NCBI GenBank assembly: GCA_012295275.1
Contig: CM022677.1
Location: forward strand, 26,660,001-26,724,000
DNA from: Chrysomallon squamiferum
Lineage: Eukaryota; Animalia; Mollusca
DNA: 64,000 bases
Direction: 5' to 3'
This document shows, piece after piece, positions 1-64,000 of the stretch. Under the pieces are notes generated by a model. The model was given only the letters and a program-made list of their open reading frames with translations, had not been told where the DNA came from and ran no database searches. Position 1 is the first letter of the stretch. Each line of letters starts with the position of its first letter. A program made the position numbers and the translations under genes.

Positions 1-459
1 CAATCAATATTGACAATTGAATAGGTGATTTCTATTTTTGAAATATATGTATATATATATATTATATAGGATAAGGTGGGGTAATATTGACCCTCTCTTC
101 CTTTCAACCTTACCTACAGCTCGACAGAGAAAAGGAAACTTGAAAATGGAGTCAGTAATGTGTAGTATGTTTTTCTGATTCAATGTAACTAAACTATAAG
201 AATAGTGCTGATTCTTTTGAAACAGAAAACAGGATCTTATTTGTCTTGATGATTTGGGTAAATGTGTCCCCATGAGTATTTTATTTGGTGTGCTGATTAT
301 TGTTATATGTAATCACTCTCTCCTACTAATAATTAATCCTAATCATAACAAAAATAAATCATATTTTGTATGAGTAATAACATATATAAAATTATATATG
401 TATGTATGTATGTATCTATGTATATAAGCACTCATGGATGTATGTATATATGTACATAC

Positions 460-10635
<10,176 letters not shown>

Positions 10636-10761
10636 CTAAAATAAATAAAGTTGTTAGTTTTCATTTTTGTTTTACTTATTGTTATTTTTATTTATAACTA
10701 TTTTTTAATTATATTTATTTTTTAATTTTTTTTATTGTTGTTGTTGTTGCTGTTGCTGTTG

Positions 10762-10799
<38 letters not shown>

Positions 10800-10899
10800 G
10801 GTCCATAACCATTATTTTATCTAGCTTCCAGAAATCTTGAAATTGTGAAAATAATATTAAAATATCGGCAAATTAGTCGTGGAAAAATTAATCTCAATA

Positions 10900-12000
<1,101 letters not shown>

Positions 12001-12625
12001 TCAAATATTTTAGTTTTTAAATATTATTTTGTTGTAGAAATGTAAATTTTTATTACAAGCGCTTCGTTTATAACGAAGACGTTTTTTTTGTATGATTACT
12101 AACTGGTCGGGCCAACACGATGTGAAGTCAAGCTAAAACTTTTACTGACATTGCTATTAGTATTACGAAATAATTGTATATTTAATGATAAATTTACGAT
12201 TAGTTACAAATATACGAGCATACCGAACCCGAGAATGGGATTTATAATTAAACTACAATTATATTTTGTGTTACCAATATTAAATTGAAAAACTAATAAC
12301 AATCGCAGCCATTTTCAGATAGACTATTACACCCGCCTTTGTTTGGATTTGCTGCGGAAAAAGAAAACAAAAAGAATTTTTTTTAAATAAAAGACCGATA
12401 GAAACAAAAATAAATAAAACAAAGTTAATAGGGCTTAGTTGCCTACTAGAAGTTGATTAGAATATAAATAGTAACAACAACAACGACAGTAATAATAATA
12501 ATAATATAGTGTTTTTCATTAGTAGTCTAACATTATTGCTATACGAACTCTTTGATGTTGTTGTTGTTGTTGTTGTAGTGATATTACTAGAACTCAAACT
12601 AATTATTACCAATAAAGTTTTAGGT

Positions 12626-60201
<47,576 letters not shown>

Positions 60202-61641
60202 ACAAAGCAAAAAAAAAAAGTAAATGGATTTGAATACGTTTGATATCAATGGACCTGTTATTTATACGAATCAACAAGAAAGTTCTGGCAATTTAACTGT
60301 CGCCTTATTTTGTTTTCGGCTTTTGTCTTAATTGATGAAACAACAGATCTCCTGATTTGAGTTTGTGTCCCACGCAGTGCTATCCTCCCAAAACACAGAC
60401 GTCTCATAACAACGACAGACACGGCTGACCTGCCGTTTACCTTGAATAATACACGTAGTAAATAATAGAACAGTCTGATACAACTAAACACAGAACAAAA
60501 TTATATAAAATTACATTTATTTATAGATTTTAACATGTCCATTTGACGCAGTTTTATCCTAATTTTAAAAGATGCCCAGCGGTATCTAAGAACTGAACGG
60601 GTGTTTTCTGGCGAAACGTTAGCTGTGCCTTCAGTCTCACAAGTCTGTTTTATGCTGTTTATAAAGTCTCTTTCTTCGTGGTATCAAAGTTTATATGTCT
60701 AAATTTATATTCCTTTTATCAATTCTGCAAATGTGTATATTTGGATGATGAAAATGTACTGACCGGTTCATTATGGAATGAAAACCCTCCAGATTATTGT
60801 TTGTTCTGTGGCCAGTGGTCAGATGATGGTTCCATCTAGAAACTACATAATCATTTAATGTCAGAGCTCGTCTCTCTCTGAACAGTGCACCGCTCAGACT
60901 GGGAAATAAGGCAAATTAAGAAGAGTTTCTGGTCTATCTATTTGTGGTCTACCTTTTTGTGACTGAACAAATTCTACCCTTCTAAGATCAAAATTTGAAT
61001 CTGTTTTAGTAGCTGCATGTGGTTAATGTATACACACTTTTATATTACGTTATATCCGTGATTAGCTGTGGTTTAAATGTGTGATCAATGAAATACAAGT
61101 CATTGGTCGTCAAAGACGTAATAATCATTGAGATATAAACAATGTCTGTCTGAAGTGAAACAAATGAGAAAGCCCATGAACTAAACTCAGAACATGGACT
61201 TCATAGGAAACAGTATCTTTAAATGTGTTTATTCCGTTTAGCAGATTACATTTAAGTTCCCCTAGCTGGTTGCTTGAGTGGAATTGGTAGACATAAAAAC
61301 AAGAACAAACGGTACCATTAAAGCAAGCAGGGATGTACAGGATTCATTACATGACCCAGTAAAGACGTGTGTCTATCAAATGTCTGCGTTATGGGATGTC
61401 TGTCTTTTGGGAGTCTAAACCAGACCAGAATTAATCAAAACATAAAATTATTTAAATCATTTAAATCTAACGGCCACTATGAACACCCGCTACCAATTGT
61501 TTTTCTAACCTGCGAATGTTACGTTAATGATTTTAGAAAACTTTAAAGATATCTTGTTAAATATCTTCAAAGCCTTTTCCTTATTTTTTTCACCTGGTAG
61601 TTAATATCGTTCAAATGGTATAAAACAGATTTTTTTTTGGC

Positions 61642-61696
<55 letters not shown>

Positions 61697-62007
61697 CATA
61701 ATCATAATCATAAACTCGTTAGTATTGCTACTAATATACTTAAACGTTAGTTGTTTAGGTTGACTAATTTATACCTGGATTTATTTTCTTTGTGAATTTC
61801 TATGTGTGTCTAACAAAATAAAATAAATCTCCAGTTCAAAACAGCGTCCATCATGTTTTATAGTAAAGTAAATCAATGTTAAAAATATGTGATGACGTCA
61901 TATGGAAATCAAAAGACCACCTTGTGATGTAATTTTAATTTTAATTTTTCTGTCATAGTTTCTTCAAATATTTCTTTCTTTCTTCTTCTTCTATTTCTTC
62001 TTCTTCA

Positions 62008-62038
<31 letters not shown>

Positions 62039-62351
62039 CTTCTTCTTCTTCTTCTTCTTCTTTTTGCAGTAGACTAAGAAAGCTTGCGTGAACGAATCAG
62101 AAAATAAACAATCAGTGGTAAGATGTCATCCTTTTCAAGCTCGGTACTGTACTGTTAAATACTGATTGAGAAGAAAACAGATTTCGTCAGACATCAACGT
62201 TCATACGTACATGTAACGTAGTGTGACGTCATGTTCATGGATGTACGTTAATAACCCCCAAAACACCTCATCAACACCATAATAATAATTATAATCAGCT
62301 TTATATATATAAAACTATTGGAATAATGAAAGAGAGTAAGATTCAGATAGA

Positions 62352-62366
62352 AACTTCAGCCTGTCC

Positions 62367-62430
<64 letters not shown>

Positions 62431-62445
62431 GGACAGGCTGAAGTT
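62352..62445. repeat. Perfect 94-bp palindrome with (TA)n core
   Basis: aacttcagcctgtccgaga-(ta)n-tctcggacaggctgaagtt. Confidence 0.9.
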
Positions 62446-62649
62446 AATCAGTATAATCAGGTGATACACATTTTATCAGAAATATACTTCACCAATTCAT
62501 ACAAATTACCTGAAACGTGCAGAATGGTATTGACAAGGTTGCTATTTGACTGAAAGAGTAATTCTAAACATGTTACTGACAATTCTTTAGATCAGATTAG
62601 TCAAGTCTGTCGAGCACAATAAAGTTTTGACAGCCCTGCCAGGACGAAA

Positions 62650-64000
62650 ATGGGATTAGCTGGAAAAGCAATGCTTGATTCAGGCTGCTGTAGGTGTAAA
62701 TATCTTAGTGAACGGTGTTCTCTCTCGCTAGCAAAATGAATCTAGAGGAGACGCTCAGGCTGTACACGAGTTATGGAGAGAATAAGTGTTTCTTGATACT
62801 TAAGGACTAACACATTAAGACTGTTAGCAAGTAGCTGGAAGCCACCCAGACACCCACGAAATCACCGCGTCAGTTTTAGACGGAAAGAAGCCAAACCAGG
62901 AACATCCACTGTACTTCGCTACCATCGAGGAGACCTTTGACATCATCAAGCACGCCAGCATTGCTACTGGTCATGGAGGACGATACAAGGAGATCAAGGA
63001 AATCATGAAGAAGGATGCTGTTACCTTGTTCAGTCATGTGTCAGAGAAAACGGAAACGGACAACTATCAACGGGACTGTCGTCAAACCAATGTCAAAGAG
63101 TGCAAGTTGACCTCATCGACATGCAGTCTGTGTGCCAAGGTCAACACATATGGGTCATGGTGTATCAAGATCATCTTACCAAGTTCTGCATCCTGTGTCC
63201 TCTCACTTCTAAGCGTGCTTCAGAAGTAGCTTATCAGTTGCTAGTACAAACAGAGTGACAGCGGGTCCGAATTCACAGCGCAAGTTATCACTGGGTTGAA
63301 GCAGATGCGGCCTGACCTCGTCATCGCTCATGGAAAGCCAACACACCTCTAGAGTCAGGATTCAGTGGAATGAGCCAGTTGTGACGTAACAGATATGTTC
63401 ACTGCATGGATGAGTGGAAAATAAGTGACAATGACACATGGTACTGGACTGCTGGACTCAAGTCAGTGCAGTTTCAAAAGAACTGGAGCCATCACACTGG
63501 AATCAGGCATTTCCCTTTGCTGCTGTTTGGTGCTCATGCGAAGATGTGATTGCAAAGATGCAAACTGAAGACAACCTCCTGTCTACAGTATCACACTCAA
63601 CCCAGGCCGAACAGTCCAACGAGGAGGCAGAACCTGTACAGTCTCACCAAGCTCTGTACGTCAGGAGCAAATTAGGCTGCAGAGGTAGAGAGAATGACAG
63701 AGATGCCCAGTTCCAGCAGACAGAGAGAATGGATAAAAGAAGTCGATTTGTATTTTCTACTGTGCAGATCAGAAGCAATATGACAACGTCCATTCCTTCA
63801 GTTGAGCGAGAACGTGCAGATCCTAGGAACATCATCGGGAAGCACATATACATTCATACATACAAGCACATATACATTCATACATACAAGCACATATACA
63901 TTCATACATACATCAGAGTGCAGTGACAAGCAGTTGTACACATTTGCTGTAAAAGGAGGAATGTTGGATGGAAAGTACTCTAACAACCAGCTCCATGCTA
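62650..64000 (+). mobile_element. Decayed KRBA2/SCAND3-like (Ginger2-type) integrase-family transposase
   Basis: Frameshifted fragments IEETFDIIK..ATGHGGR, QVDLIDMQS, VMVYQDHLTKFCILCPLTSKRASEVAYQLL, SDSGSEFTAQVI..LK..PDLVIAHGKP, VQFQKN..HHTGI. Confidence 0.8.

Noticed and set aside
4-273. 89-aa minus-strand ORF with a good donor near 113, as a further gene A exon
   Set aside because: No frame-compatible acceptor found and no recognisable domain. The nearest acceptor gives a short peptide and a stop, so it is unresolved.
63438-63926. 162-aa ORF as an intact gene
   Set aside because: It lies within the frameshifted integrase relic and ends in a 24-bp tandem repeat.

Overview
AT-rich, microsatellite-dense eukaryotic (animal) genomic DNA; the repeat style suggests an invertebrate such as a mollusc, but that is only an inference. 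Most ORF-track entries are microsatellite translations. The real content is a head-to-head pair of intron-rich genes built almost entirely from thrombospondin type-1 repeats (TSR/TSP1), one domain per symmetric phase-1 exon. Each gene starts with a paralogous 52-nt signal-peptide exon, with ATGs at 10635 (-) and 12626 (+). The minus gene has 12 TSR exons in the window (9441 to 460) and apparently runs off the left edge. The plus locus has 29 TSR exons (13282-59206). These include a recent ~2-kb tandem array of nine near-identical TSR exons interleaved with 15-18-nt microexons. The plus locus has three candidate C-termini: a short stop exon at 23491, a polybasic Ser/Thr/Lys/Arg-rich tail made of small phase-2 exons (48927-54507), and a GPI-anchor-like tail (59591-60201). 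Three TSR exons carry frameshifts, which may be real or sequencing errors. Also present are a decayed Tc1/mariner element with an internal 91-bp satellite, a KRBA2/Ginger-type integrase relic, minisatellites derived from exon boundaries and a perfect 94-bp palindrome. All gene models were inferred by hand from splice signals and reading frame, with no transcript evidence.
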